DNA of 64,000 bases from Chlorobiota bacterium (lineage in GTDB: Bacteria > Bacteroidota > Ignavibacteria > OLB7), in assembly GCA_016700335.1 (NCBI GenBank), contig CP065014.1, positions 1,221,479 to 1,285,478 on the forward strand. Reading direction: 5' to 3'. Both the position numbers and the translations under genes were made by a program. Below, one piece after another: positions 11,295 to 21,433 of this stretch. The notes below the pieces were generated by a model. The model ran no database searches. It was given only the letters and a program-made list of their open reading frames with translations, and was not told where the DNA came from. Position 1 is the first letter of the stretch; every line of letters starts with the position of its first letter.

Positions 11295-14200
11295 TTAAGG
11301 TAAAATTTTCATAATACCAGATTTACTATTCCCTCTTACTTCAGTAAAATACATTAAAGAAGTTTGAGAAGGTAGAATGTTAAAAGTTCCTGGAATTTGA
11401 GCTCTTAGTATATATGAAAACTCTTTTGTACCTCCATTAACTGAATTTGCAAAAAAAGTAATTTTCTCATCTCTAATATCTTTTGAAGAATACCACCATT
11501 TCCAATACCAATTGTTTGAATTTGAATTTGGTTGATAATTAATTTCATCTTGGATATTAAATCCATTATCATCTCTAATTATCTCACACCCAGCAGGTAT
11601 TGGCTCTTCAACCATAACATAATCATAATCTTTAGAAGTTGTCATTTTAACTTTTACAAAAACTTCGTCACCAGATTTAACAACATTATTGTATTGTGTT
11701 TTTAAGTAAATAATTGATTCTAATTTAGTTTTAGGATTAATAACTTTCTGTTTTTTAAGAATAAAATAATCTCTTGAAACAGTAAAACCGCCACCAGCAC
11801 TTGGAATATTTTGTTCGGTTGAAAAATAGGAGATTAATGAATTTGAATAAACTTTTCCATTACCAGATTTTTCAATTGTTACATTATTAATTCCAGATTT
11901 TAATAATTTTTTATCAATTTTAATTTTATCTTCAGATTTGAATATATCAGATGCAGTATATTTTTTTGAAAAAACATTAGATCCATTTACAGTAATCTTT
12001 AAAGTATAATCTGGGTTTACTTCACCAGTGACAGATAAATAATCTGCTAAAGCATAACAGACCATTGCAGTTTGTCTTGTATTATGCCAACCATATTCAC
12101 CTCTTTGAGTTAACAACCATCTAATTGCAGAATTAGTATTTTCATTAGCACCTTGAATCTCTAGTAAAGCACGAACTGACATTGCAGAAGTTTCAATGTC
12201 ATCATCTTGCCAATTATAATAGAAATTTTTTCCTTTCCAATAAGTGAATCCATTTTCTTTTGTAGCTCCTTTTAATAATGATTGTGAAACTTTATTTGCA
12301 TTTCCATTGTCATTTAAATTCTTAAAGGCTAATGCTAAAAGTGCTTTTGCATAATTATTTAAAGTATCTGATTTCAAAAGTACATTACATAATTTTAAAG
12401 TATGTTCATTCATTTTAACATTATAGTTAACTATTGAAGCCGAATAAGCAGCATAAGCTAAGGTTGTAGCATCAATTGGTTTTTGTTTTTTTGTTGTATT
12501 TGAAGTTGATAAACCTGAACTTAAAATACCCATTTTACCATCCAACAAATTATTTAATGCACTAGCTCCAAGATCATATTTGTCATCTTCTACTTTATAT
12601 CCTAATCTCTTTGCCATTGCCATGCCATACATCACATACGCAGTCATAAAAGGATTTGTCTCATCATTTTCCCACCAACCCCAGCCACCATCTTTATGTT
12701 GAAGCTGGTAAAGTCTGTTAAAACCTTTTTGAATCATTTTTGGAATTTCTTCTCTCCTTCTAAGATCAAAATTCAATTTTAATTTGTCAAATGAGCTTGC
12801 AACAATTATAGTAGGTAAAAATCTACTCATTGTTTGTTCAACACAACCATATGGATAACCAATTAAACTATTTAATGATCCAACTAATCCACCTGCAAGA
12901 GAAGGAGTTGTGCAAATAAACATTTCAGGATCTATAACATTATTTGGAATATTAATATTTATGCTTTTAGAATTCTCGGAATTAGATAACTCAATATTCT
13001 CTCCATTACTAACTCTAACTCCTCGTGCTAATACTGGAACTGTTAATTCCATTGCATCAGATTCTTCGTTAGTTAATGCTTTGGTTGTTAATTTTAAACT
13101 ACCTGTTTTAAGAGATTTAACTCTCCAATCAAATCTTTGTTCACCATCAGCAATAACTTTAATAACAGTATCTTTCTGATCATTTACAATATTTTCACCA
13201 TTGAATTGAAGTTTAACTTGTTTGTCAGTTAATAAATAATTATGAATATTAACAGCAACAGTAACTTCGTCACCACTTATAACAAATCTTGGCATTTCCA
13301 TTCTAATCAATAATTCTTTTCTTACTAATGCAGAACTAAATTGTTGACCAACTGCAGAATTAGCGTCAATGGCTCTTGCTGAAATCCTCCATTTTGTAAG
13401 GTTGTCAGGCATTTTAATAATTATCTTAGCTAAACCATTATTATCAGTTCTTAAATCGGGTTTCCAATATGCCATATCTCTGAAATCTTTTCTAATAGCA
13501 GGTTGAACTAATAAATTCCCTTTAACATCACCTAAATATAATTTTCTATTGAAATTCCCATTATCAGCAAATCCAAAATATCCTGGAGTTGGGCTTACAT
13601 TTTTGAATGCATCAGAAAAATTAAAATTGTATGAATGTGAGGTTGATACTTGATTATATCTAGGACCAAAGAAATACCTTTGAATGTTTGGTGTAATATC
13701 TGGTTCAATTGAATAAATAGCTTCATCAACAAGCCCTAAAGCTACTTCTACATTTGGACAAGGTTCTCCTTTTGAGTTTAGAGTTCTAATGGAAATATTT
13801 GCATTTTCACTAGGTAAATATTTTACTTTATCTGTTTTAATTTCAAGTTTTATTAACTTCTCATCAGGAATAATTTTCAATTCCTTTTCACCGGTATACA
13901 TTGTTCCATTTACAACAATTGAAACAGATAAAGTAAATTCAGGAAGCAATTTTTCTTCTGCTTCAAAATGTACTATAGATGAATTATCATTGAATCTTTC
14001 TACTGAATAACTATATAAAGTTTGACCTTCTATAGAAATTAATGCATCAACTTTAGGAGCTGGACCAATAATTAAAGCACTTATAGTTTCTCCTTTATTG
14101 TAAGCTGGTTTATCTGGAATTATTTTTATACTTCCGTAATTATTTTCTACCTCATCTTTAGAATAATCTTGTTCTCCAATGTAAATATATTCATTGCTAT

Positions 14201-16271
14201 AGACAACAGATCCATTTTTATCTTTAGAATTAAATTCAGCAATGAAATAACCTTTTTCATTTGTTGGGGGAATATTAACTTCTGCAAGACCTTTATCATT
14301 AGTAGTTACTTTTCCTTCCCAAAGTTTTGTATCAACTCTTTCATATTTAACTGGAAGTGTTTTATCTGATTGAATTAATTTCTTCCAACTTATTTTCTTT
14401 AAAGTAGCAGTTATACTTGTTGACAAAGGTTTGTTTTCATCATACATTTTTGCTGTTAGATTTGCCTTAATAAAATCTGATTTCCCATAAAAATATTTAT
14501 CAGTACGAGATGAAATGAAAAATTCACTAAAAGTAACGGTTACACTTGTTGATGCTTCTATTGATCTTCTGCTAGCATCTTCTACGCTAGCTTTTATTCT
14601 ATATGTAAAGCCCATTTCAGAATTTACTTGTGTAGGGAAAACAATTTTAAAAGTTCCATCAGGATTTAAACTTCCAGAATTTGAAGTTATTAGAGTGGAT
14701 CTATAATCTGAATAACTATCATCATTTCCAGAATATAAATATTCCCAATCTGAACCGACCCACCATGGTTGTTGAATTGAACTTCTATATATAAAGTAAG
14801 TTACTTTTGCGGTGGCAACTGGAGATCCAAAAAAGTAATTAGCCTTTACATTGGCAATAACTGTGTCCCCTTTAGTATACTTTTTCTTTTCAGGTATTAC
14901 TTCAACTTTGTACTCGGGTTTTTTATATTCATCAACTGTGAAATTCTGCCAACCATCTAACTGATTACAATTTGCTTTAATAGAATAAGTACCCGTTGAA
15001 GCTTCATCAGTTAATACAAAGTTACTATTGAAACTTCCTAAATCATTAGTAATTAGTGTATCTTTTTTAACAATAGCATCTTTAGAATCATTAATTTCAA
15101 TAAATACAGAGTCACCTTTTTTAGGTTTAATATATTGTCCATAATCATCTTTATTCCTAACTACCCCTCTATAATAAACAGTATGTGAAGGTCTATAAAC
15201 TGGTCTTTCAGTTTGCAAAAAAATTAATCCGTTTGATTTAGAATCATTTTCATAATTATAAGTCATTTGATCACATATAACAAAATTATCATCTTTAAAA
15301 CCTAAAACAACTCTAGTATCATAAACATAATAACTATCTTTAGATATTGAATCATAAGATTTTAGATTCATTTTCAGAACCCCACTAGAATTAGTTTTAC
15401 CATTTCCTATTTCAATTTTTTCATTTAAGAATGTTAAAGGAAAATCAGAAACTTTTTCACCACTTTGTTGATTTACAACAAATACCATAACATCTTTTCC
15501 ATGTTGTTTTAAAACTGCAACATTCTCTGAAATAATTAATACAGTTCTTTTAATATATCCTTTTGAATAAGCTTCAATTATATATACACCTTTTTCATTT
15601 AATGGAACTGGAATAGATTCATTCCTCCAAGAATCTTTGGTAGCCTTTAGAGTATAATTCCATTCTTTCACAACAGGATAATCTTCAGCTTCTCTAGGTG
15701 GAGGTGGTAATATTTCAGTAATAGTAGGCTCTTCAAGTTTCTTTTTATTCGAAGATATATTTGCAACTTTACTTAAGTTTTGGGTATTCTTATTTTGTTT
15801 TTTAACTTTTATATTATTATTAGCTTTAATCTTTTTTGAATCAATTTTCGGGGCAGGTAATTCTTTCAATTCAGTTCCATTATAATCAGTTAAATCTCTA
15901 AGAATTTCTCTTGAAGAATAATTAATAACATTAGTTGCTGAATATCTTAGATCTTTTTTAAATTTATTAAATCCAGATTTAATCATGGAAAATAAATTTG
16001 GCGGTGTTGGATCCGAAAATTTTGGGGAATGAGGATTATCTTGTTTCTTGAAATATTCTAATGGATTATTTATTTTATAAGCTCTAAGCATTACATATTT
16101 AGTTTTAGCTTCACCACTAAAATCAACAGAAATGTTAGCACTGTTTGGATAATAAACCCCACGTGAATTTATGTAAAAGTCAATATATTCAGAATCACCC
16201 TGAAATGCAAATGATGATAAGACTGATAAAATTATTAATATCTTAGTTGAATTAGAACGAAGTTTCATCAA
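11295..16271 (-). CDS. bacterial alpha-2-macroglobulin family protein (1658 aa) with an intact thioester motif
   Basis: Signal peptide and a very large beta-rich protein. The thioester motif GCVEQ is present (GYPYGCVEQTMSRF), as in A2M/MG2-domain proteins. Confidence 0.8.
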   Translation of the reverse strand: MMKLRSNSTKILIILSVLSSFAFQGDSEYIDFYINSRGVYYPNSANISVDFSGEAKTKYVMLRAYKINNPLEYFKKQDNPHSPKFSDPTPPNLFSMIKSGFNKFKKDLRYSATNVINYSSREILRDLTDYNGTELKELPAPKIDSKKIKANNNIKVKKQNKNTQNLSKVANISSNKKKLEEPTITEILPPPPREAEDYPVVKEWNYTLKATKDSWRNESIPVPLNEKGVYIIEAYSKGYIKRTVLIISENVAVLKQHGKDVMVFVVNQQSGEKVSDFPLTFLNEKIEIGNGKTNSSGVLKMNLKSYDSISKDSYYVYDTRVVLGFKDDNFVICDQMTYNYENDSKSNGLIFLQTERPVYRPSHTVYYRGVVRNKDDYGQYIKPKKGDSVFIEINDSKDAIVKKDTLITNDLGSFNSNFVLTDEASTGTYSIKANCNQLDGWQNFTVDEYKKPEYKVEVIPEKKKYTKGDTVIANVKANYFFGSPVATAKVTYFIYRSSIQQPWWVGSDWEYLYSGNDDSYSDYRSTLITSNSGSLNPDGTFKIVFPTQVNSEMGFTYRIKASVEDASRRSIEASTSVTVTFSEFFISSRTDKYFYGKSDFIKANLTAKMYDENKPLSTSITATLKKISWKKLIQSDKTLPVKYERVDTKLWEGKVTTNDKGLAEVNIPPTNEKGYFIAEFNSKDKNGSVVYSNEYIYIGEQDYSKDEVENNYGSIKIIPDKPAYNKGETISALIIGPAPKVDALISIEGQTLYSYSVERFNDNSSIVHFEAEEKLLPEFTLSVSIVVNGTMYTGEKELKIIPDEKLIKLEIKTDKVKYLPSENANISIRTLNSKGEPCPNVEVALGLVDEAIYSIEPDITPNIQRYFFGPRYNQVSTSHSYNFNFSDAFKNVSPTPGYFGFADNGNFNRKLYLGDVKGNLLVQPAIRKDFRDMAYWKPDLRTDNNGLAKIIIKMPDNLTKWRISARAIDANSAVGQQFSSALVRKELLIRMEMPRFVISGDEVTVAVNIHNYLLTDKQVKLQFNGENIVNDQKDTVIKVIADGEQRFDWRVKSLKTGSLKLTTKALTNEESDAMELTVPVLARGVRVSNGENIELSNSENSKSININIPNNVIDPEMFICTTPSLAGGLVGSLNSLIGYPYGCVEQTMSRFLPTIIVASSFDKLKLNFDLRRREEIPKMIQKGFNRLYQLQHKDGGWGWWENDETNPFMTAYVMYGMAMAKRLGYKVEDDKYDLGASALNNLLDGKMGILSSGLSTSNTTKKQKPIDATTLAYAAYSASIVNYNVKMNEHTLKLCNVLLKSDTLNNYAKALLALAFKNLNDNGNANKVSQSLLKGATKENGFTYWKGKNFYYNWQDDDIETSAMSVRALLEIQGANENTNSAIRWLLTQRGEYGWHNTRQTAMVCYALADYLSVTGEVNPDYTLKITVNGSNVFSKKYTASDIFKSEDKIKIDKKLLKSGINNVTIEKSGNGKVYSNSLISYFSTEQNIPSAGGGFTVSRDYFILKKQKVINPKTKLESIIYLKTQYNNVVKSGDEVFVKVKMTTSKDYDYVMVEEPIPAGCEIIRDDNGFNIQDEINYQPNSNSNNWYWKWWYSSKDIRDEKITFFANSVNGGTKEFSYILRAQIPGTFNILPSQTSLMYFTEVRGNSKSGIMKILP

Positions 16272-16496
16272 AAGAATTTAAATTAAATATAATTGGATTT
16301 AAAACTTTTCAAAGTTCAAGAAAATTTTTTAAATAGGACAAACTAAATTTAAATTAAGAGAATTGAATTAAGTACAGATTGAAATTATAAATTATTTTAG
16401 AAAATTGAAATTGTGATTTTATTGATTAAAAAATTATTATTTTTAAATAGAATTTATAAAATTATAAATTAACTTTGTTATATTGCAAGTCATATT

Positions 16497-17633
16497 ATGA
16501 GTTGGGAAAATGTAATTGGTCAAAATAAATCAAAAGCTATAATTAGGTTTGCATTGCTATCTGGAAGGATTCCTCATGCATGGTTGTTTTCTGGAACTGA
16601 AGGGATTGGGAAAGATGCAATGGCTATTGAAACAGCTAAAATCCTTTTATGTAATAATCAATTAGATAATAAAATTTCATGTGGAGAATGTAGAAGTTGT
16701 AAATTAGTTTCAAAACTTCAACATCCAAATTTAAAATTTATTTTTGCACTACCTCCTGGCAAAAATGAAGATGGGAGAAATGATGGTCCTTTTTTGAAGT
16801 TAAATGATTCAGAAATATCTTTAATTCAAGAGCAAATAGTATTAAAAGCTAAAGATAACTATCATAAAATATCAATTCCAAAAGCTCATCAGATAAAAAT
16901 ATCTTCTATTAGAGAGGTTAAAAAAGATATTTCTTTTAGTAGTTCTGAGCCTGGTAAAAGAATAATAATTATAAGTGATGCAGATAAAATGGGTGATGAA
17001 TCTGCAAATGCTTTTTTAAAAACATTAGAAGAACCATCTAAAGATACTTTGATAATTTTAACAACTTCAAACAAAGATAGATTATTACCTACTATTGTTT
17101 CAAGATGTCAAGAAGTAAGATTTAATTTGTTAAGTGATGAAGAAATTAATAATGTACTTATAGAAAAATATAAAACAAATAGTACTGAAGCTTTATTGTA
17201 TTCAAAACTTTCAGGAGGAAGTTTAACAAAAGCTCTTGAGCTAAAAAATGGAGAAAATATTTCAACTTTAAGAAATGATGTTGTGTCATTTTTAAGAGCA
17301 TCTTTACGTAAAAGCCCTTTGGCTTTATATACTGAAATTGATAGAGTATCAAATGGATCTGATAAAAGTAGAATTGAGAAATTTTTAATTTTGTTATTAA
17401 TATGGATGAGGGATATTTATTCTATTAAAAACTTAAATAACGAAACCAAATTAGTTAATCAAGATCAAATTCCCGAAATTAATTCTTTCAATTCAAATTT
17501 TCCTAAATCAAACATAAAAGAGATTATAAATAATATAGATAAATCAATAACTGCAATTAAATTCAATGTTCAACCTACACTTGTTCTAACAAATTTAGGT
17601 TTAAGTATTGAACAATATTGTTTCAACAAATAA
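16497..17633 (+). CDS. holB: DNA polymerase III subunit delta'
   Basis: AAA+ clamp-loader N-terminus (WLFSGTEGIGKDAMA), a Zn module CGECRSCK, and the conserved holB-PSP1 synteny. Confidence 0.85.
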   Translation: MSWENVIGQNKSKAIIRFALLSGRIPHAWLFSGTEGIGKDAMAIETAKILLCNNQLDNKISCGECRSCKLVSKLQHPNLKFIFALPPGKNEDGRNDGPFLKLNDSEISLIQEQIVLKAKDNYHKISIPKAHQIKISSIREVKKDISFSSSEPGKRIIIISDADKMGDESANAFLKTLEEPSKDTLIILTTSNKDRLLPTIVSRCQEVRFNLLSDEEINNVLIEKYKTNSTEALLYSKLSGGSLTKALELKNGENISTLRNDVVSFLRASLRKSPLALYTEIDRVSNGSDKSRIEKFLILLLIWMRDIYSIKNLNNETKLVNQDQIPEINSFNSNFPKSNIKEIINNIDKSITAIKFNVQPTLVLTNLGLSIEQYCFNK

Positions 17634-17636
17634 ATA

Positions 17637-19376
17637 ATGGATAATTCAAATCAAATATCAAAAAACAACAATCAAAATACAAATCAAAATTCATCAAATA
17701 ATAATAAGAATGAATTAAATAGACAAAATACTAATCAAAATAAAAATCAACGAAATAATAGTTCTAATAAACAATCATTATCTCAAAGATTTCAAAAAAA
17801 TGAAACCAAAAATTTGGAAGTTGGTAAAATAAATAATAACGAAAAAAATGAAAATCTTGTTGTTGATATAAATAAACAAAATGATTTAATAACCAATCCA
17901 AAAACAAAAATTGTTAATAAGCAATTTTCTAAACCTATTCCTAGACCGAATTTTAATCAGAATCAAAAACCTAAGAATCAGGGTAAACAATTAAATCAAA
18001 GTAGTCAAACAAACAGTGTTAAAGCTAATAGTAATGTTGCAACTGAGAAAAGAACTCAACAAAATCCAAATAATTCTGATAAGACACAAAACAAACAAAT
18101 AAATGAAAAAAGAAACAGTCATCAATCAAGAAATAATTCTCAATCTAGAAATAGCGATTTAAAATCAAACTCTAAACCACAATTAATTAACAATCAAAGT
18201 AATCATAGAAACAACTTTGAAATTATAAAAAGTAATAATGATTATTTTAATGATGAAGAAACTTATGAAGAGATAAAAATAATTCGTGAGAATATTGAAC
18301 ATAAACATGGGGATATGTCAAATGATACTGAAATGAAGTATAATCCTAAAAAAGTTCAAAAAATTGAATCTACAAAAGGTACTTTAGCAAGTAAATTAGT
18401 GGCAGATACTTTAATTGGAAGAGAGTCAAATTGTGAGCATGGTTGCGGTAGTGGTGGTAATTGTAATACTGGTGGTTGCGGAACTAATAGTATTGTTCAA
18501 TTAATGCTTACAAATTTTGAATACAAGGACACAAGAAGAATTATCGAAGTTGAATTTAGGGGTGGAAGAAGAGAATTTGTTCATGTATTTGACGATGATA
18601 TTCGATTAAAAACAATTGATAAAGTAATTGTAGAAATTGATAAAGGTCTTGATTATGGGACAGTTTCTATGACTGGTTCATTGGTTCATGCAAAAAGAAA
18701 AGCAAAACAATTAACTGGAGAACCTTTGCCAAAATTAATTAGAAAAGCATCTGATCCAGATATTGCTAATTATGTTGAAATTAGAAATTTAGAAAGGGAA
18801 GATAGAATCAAATGTCAAGAAAGAGTAAAGTATTTTAATTTGGATATGCATTTGTTTGATGTTGAATGGCAATTTGATAAGAAAAGAGTTACATTTTTTT
18901 ATACTGCAGATGGTAGAGTTGATTTTAGAGAATTAGTAAAAGACTTAGCAAATATTTTTAGAGCTAGAATTGAGTTAAGGCAAGTTCCTCCTAGAGATGA
19001 AGCTAAAAGACTAGGTACTTTAGGCATTTGTGGTAAAGAGCTATGCTGTACAACGCATCTAAGTAGATATGAACACATTACTTTAGAGCACGCTAAATAT
19101 CAAATGCTTCAACCAAATCCTCAGAAATTATCTGGGCAATGTGGTAGATTAAAATGTTGTCTTTTATACGAAGTGGATAATTACATTGAAGGACTTAAAA
19201 AATTTCCTCCATTAGAATCAAATATTAGAACTGAAAAGGGGGAAGCTATAATTCAGAAAATTGATATTTTTAGGGACACAGTAACATTGCATTATTTAGG
19301 TTCAGATCAATGGGAAACTATAAGCTTGTTGGAGTTAAAAAAGTATGTTAAAATTGTAAATAATGTGGTTGCATAA
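17637..19376 (+). CDS. PSP1 C-terminal domain protein (YaaT/RicT-like) with a long N/Q-rich N-terminal extension
   Basis: The C-terminal roughly 300 aa match the PSP1/YaaT region (…FYTADGRVDFRELVKDLANIFRARIELRQV…). It lies immediately downstream of holB, as in Bacillus holB-yaaT. The N-terminal roughly 270 aa are Asn/Gln/Lys low complexity. Confidence 0.75.
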   Translation: MDNSNQISKNNNQNTNQNSSNNNKNELNRQNTNQNKNQRNNSSNKQSLSQRFQKNETKNLEVGKINNNEKNENLVVDINKQNDLITNPKTKIVNKQFSKPIPRPNFNQNQKPKNQGKQLNQSSQTNSVKANSNVATEKRTQQNPNNSDKTQNKQINEKRNSHQSRNNSQSRNSDLKSNSKPQLINNQSNHRNNFEIIKSNNDYFNDEETYEEIKIIRENIEHKHGDMSNDTEMKYNPKKVQKIESTKGTLASKLVADTLIGRESNCEHGCGSGGNCNTGGCGTNSIVQLMLTNFEYKDTRRIIEVEFRGGRREFVHVFDDDIRLKTIDKVIVEIDKGLDYGTVSMTGSLVHAKRKAKQLTGEPLPKLIRKASDPDIANYVEIRNLEREDRIKCQERVKYFNLDMHLFDVEWQFDKKRVTFFYTADGRVDFRELVKDLANIFRARIELRQVPPRDEAKRLGTLGICGKELCCTTHLSRYEHITLEHAKYQMLQPNPQKLSGQCGRLKCCLLYEVDNYIEGLKKFPPLESNIRTEKGEAIIQKIDIFRDTVTLHYLGSDQWETISLLELKKYVKIVNNVVA

Positions 19377-19485
19377 ATGTATAAATTAATTCTTGGAATA
19401 ATAAAAATTCATATTATTTAATTAAAAATTGTATATTTGTATCCTTTTTTAAAAAACTTAACATCAAAAAAAAATAACATAGAAT

Positions 19486-19653
19486 ATGGCTAAAGCACAA
19501 ACCTTTGATAGTAAATCTAAAAAGAAAGCTGCAGAATTTATTTCTGTAAAAGTAATTACATCAGATAAAACTGAAAAAGGATCTTATCGTTTTCAAGAAA
19601 AGTTTATAAAACTTAAAGATATTAATGATATCGAAAAAGCAATAAAACTTTAA
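19486..19653 (+). CDS. small basic protein (55 aa), not in the ORF track; possibly DUF4295-like
   Basis: ATG 19486 to TAA 19651-19653 encodes MAKAQTFDSKSKKKAAEFISVKVITSDKTEKGSYRFQEKFIKLKDINDIEKAIKL. It sits directly upstream of rpmE-rpsR. The DUF4295 resemblance is from memory only. Confidence 0.35.
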   Translation: MAKAQTFDSKSKKKAAEFISVKVITSDKTEKGSYRFQEKFIKLKDINDIEKAIKL

Positions 19654-19683
19654 TAGTTCAAAAATTATTTAAAAATTATTAAT

Positions 19684-19926
19684 ATGAAAGAGGGCATACA
19701 TCCAAATTATGTAGTATCACAAGTGACTTGTGTTTGTGGAAACAAATTCATAACTCATTCAACTGTTGGAGATATTAAAGTTGAAATTTGTTCAGAATGC
19801 CATCCATTTTTCACTGGTAAACAAAAAATTGTAGATGCTGCAGGAAGGGTAGATAAATTTAATCAACGCTTCATCAAAACAAAAAGTATTAAGGAAGCTA
19901 AAACAATTAAAGAAACAACAAACTAA
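19684..19926 (+). CDS. rpmE: 50S ribosomal protein L31 (Zn-binding type)
   Basis: MKEGIHPNY...CVCGNKF...[13 protein letters not shown]. Confidence 0.92.
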   Translation: MKEGIHPNYVVSQVTCVCGNKFITHSTVGDIKVEICSECHPFFTGKQKIVDAAGRVDKFNQRFIKTKSIKEAKTIKETTN

Positions 19927-19932
19927 TTTATA

Positions 19933-20199
19933 ATGGCAAAACAAGAATACTCTTCTTTGCGTCCAGGGCTTTCAAATGATGATTCAAAATCAGGGCACAA
20001 AAAGAATCCTTTATTAGGTGTAACTTATGTTGATTATACTAACACAAAGTTGCTTGAAAAATTTATAACGGAAACTGGAAAAATACTTCCAGCTAGAGTT
20101 ACTGGTGTAACTGCAAAACAACAACGTGCCGTAGTTAAATCAATTAAATATGCTCGTCATTTAGCTTTACTTCCATTTGTTGGACGTGATGATAAATAA
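19933..20199 (+). CDS. rpsR: 30S ribosomal protein S18
   Basis: [34 protein letters not shown] matches the S18 core. Confidence 0.88.
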   Translation: MAKQEYSSLRPGLSNDDSKSGHKKNPLLGVTYVDYTNTKLLEKFITETGKILPARVTGVTAKQQRAVVKSIKYARHLALLPFVGRDDK

Positions 20200-20228
20200 T
20201 TTACTTTATCTTAATTGAAGTTTTATTT

Positions 20229-20268
20229 AAATGCTCAATAATAATAATTGTTATTGAGCATTTTTTTT
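20229..20268. terminator. bidirectional intrinsic terminator between rpsR and the bshA-like gene
   Basis: aatgctcaata-loop-tattgagcatt followed by T8. Confidence 0.65.
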
Positions 20269-20272
20269 ATAA

Positions 20273-21412
20273 TCATTTTGAATTTGATTTCAATACATCA
20301 TTATAATAATTCTCATAATGAGGAACAATAATATCTTCTGAGAAATTATTAACAGCTCTTTCTCTAGCTTTAATTTTAAGATGTGAAAATAATTTAATAT
20401 CTGTTAGTGTTTCAATTGCCCTTTTAGCCATTGTTCCAATATCTCCAACATCACACAGAAAACCAGTTTCAGCTTCTATATTCAATTCCACTAAACCCCC
20501 TCTGTTAGTAGAAATAACGGGCACACCACAGCTCAATGCTTCTAATGAAGATAGACTGAAACTCTCATTTTCACTTGTAATTAAAGCCAAATCACATGCT
20601 GATAAAATAGCTGGTAATGCATTTTGTTTTCCCAAAAATTTAACATGTTCAGAAATATTAAGTTCTCTACATAACATTTCAGTTTCTGTTCTATCAGGTC
20701 CATCACCAACCATAATTAACTTTGATGGAATTTCTTTTCTAACCAAATCAAACAATTTTATACAATCATTTACCCTTTTAATAGGTCTGAAATTACTTGT
20801 ATGAACCAATACTGATTCTCCATTTGGTGCAAATTCACTTCTAAGTTTTGGACAATTATCTCTTGACCAAACATTTGTATTGATAAAATTAGGTATTGAA
20901 ACAATTTTATTCTGATCTATTTCAAAATTTTGAATTGTTGCTTCTTTAAGATAATTACTTACTGCAGTTACCCCGTCAGATTTTTCAATAGAAAACTTAA
21001 CAATAGGTTTTAAAGTAGGGTCAATCCCAATTAATGTAGTGTCTGTTCCATGCAATGTTGTTATTACTTTTATATCAAATCCATTTTCTAATAAAATTTG
21101 TTTGGCAAGGTATGCGCTTGTTGCATGAGGAATAGCATAATGTACATGAAGAATATCTAATTTGTGATACATAGCCACATCTACCATTTTACTTGCTAAA
21201 GAAACAGGATAAACACCCATTTCAAACAATGGATAATCTGGAGTTTCAACTTCATGAAAATAAATATTTTTAAAGTAACCATCCAACCTAAAAGGAAGTG
21301 CATAAGAAATAAAATGGACTGAATGCCCTCTATAAGCTAGTGCTTTTCCAAGCTCGGTACCAACCACACCACTTCCACCATAAGTTGGATAACAAGTAAT
21401 TCCAATATTCAT
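20273..21412 (-). CDS. bshA: GT4 glycosyltransferase, BshA-like (N-acetyl-alpha-D-glucosaminyl L-malate synthase)
   Basis: The N-terminus MNIGITCYPTYGGSGVVGTELGKALAYRGHSVHFIS closely resembles BshA (MKIGITCYPSVGGSGVV...). GT-B fold. Confidence 0.7.
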   Translation of the reverse strand: MNIGITCYPTYGGSGVVGTELGKALAYRGHSVHFISYALPFRLDGYFKNIYFHEVETPDYPLFEMGVYPVSLASKMVDVAMYHKLDILHVHYAIPHATSAYLAKQILLENGFDIKVITTLHGTDTTLIGIDPTLKPIVKFSIEKSDGVTAVSNYLKEATIQNFEIDQNKIVSIPNFINTNVWSRDNCPKLRSEFAPNGESVLVHTSNFRPIKRVNDCIKLFDLVRKEIPSKLIMVGDGPDRTETEMLCRELNISEHVKFLGKQNALPAILSACDLALITSENESFSLSSLEALSCGVPVISTNRGGLVELNIEAETGFLCDVGDIGTMAKRAIETLTDIKLFSHLKIKARERAVNNFSEDIIVPHYENYYNDVLKSNSK

Positions 21413-21433
21413 TTAGTTGAAAATTTTTTGATT

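Noticed and set aside
12910-14706. Several + strand ORFs of 60-90 aa (12910..13179, 13789..14010, 14169..14369, 14515..14706)
   Set aside because: All are embedded antisense within the 1658-aa alpha-2-macroglobulin gene. They are low-complexity translations typical of AT-rich shadow frames.
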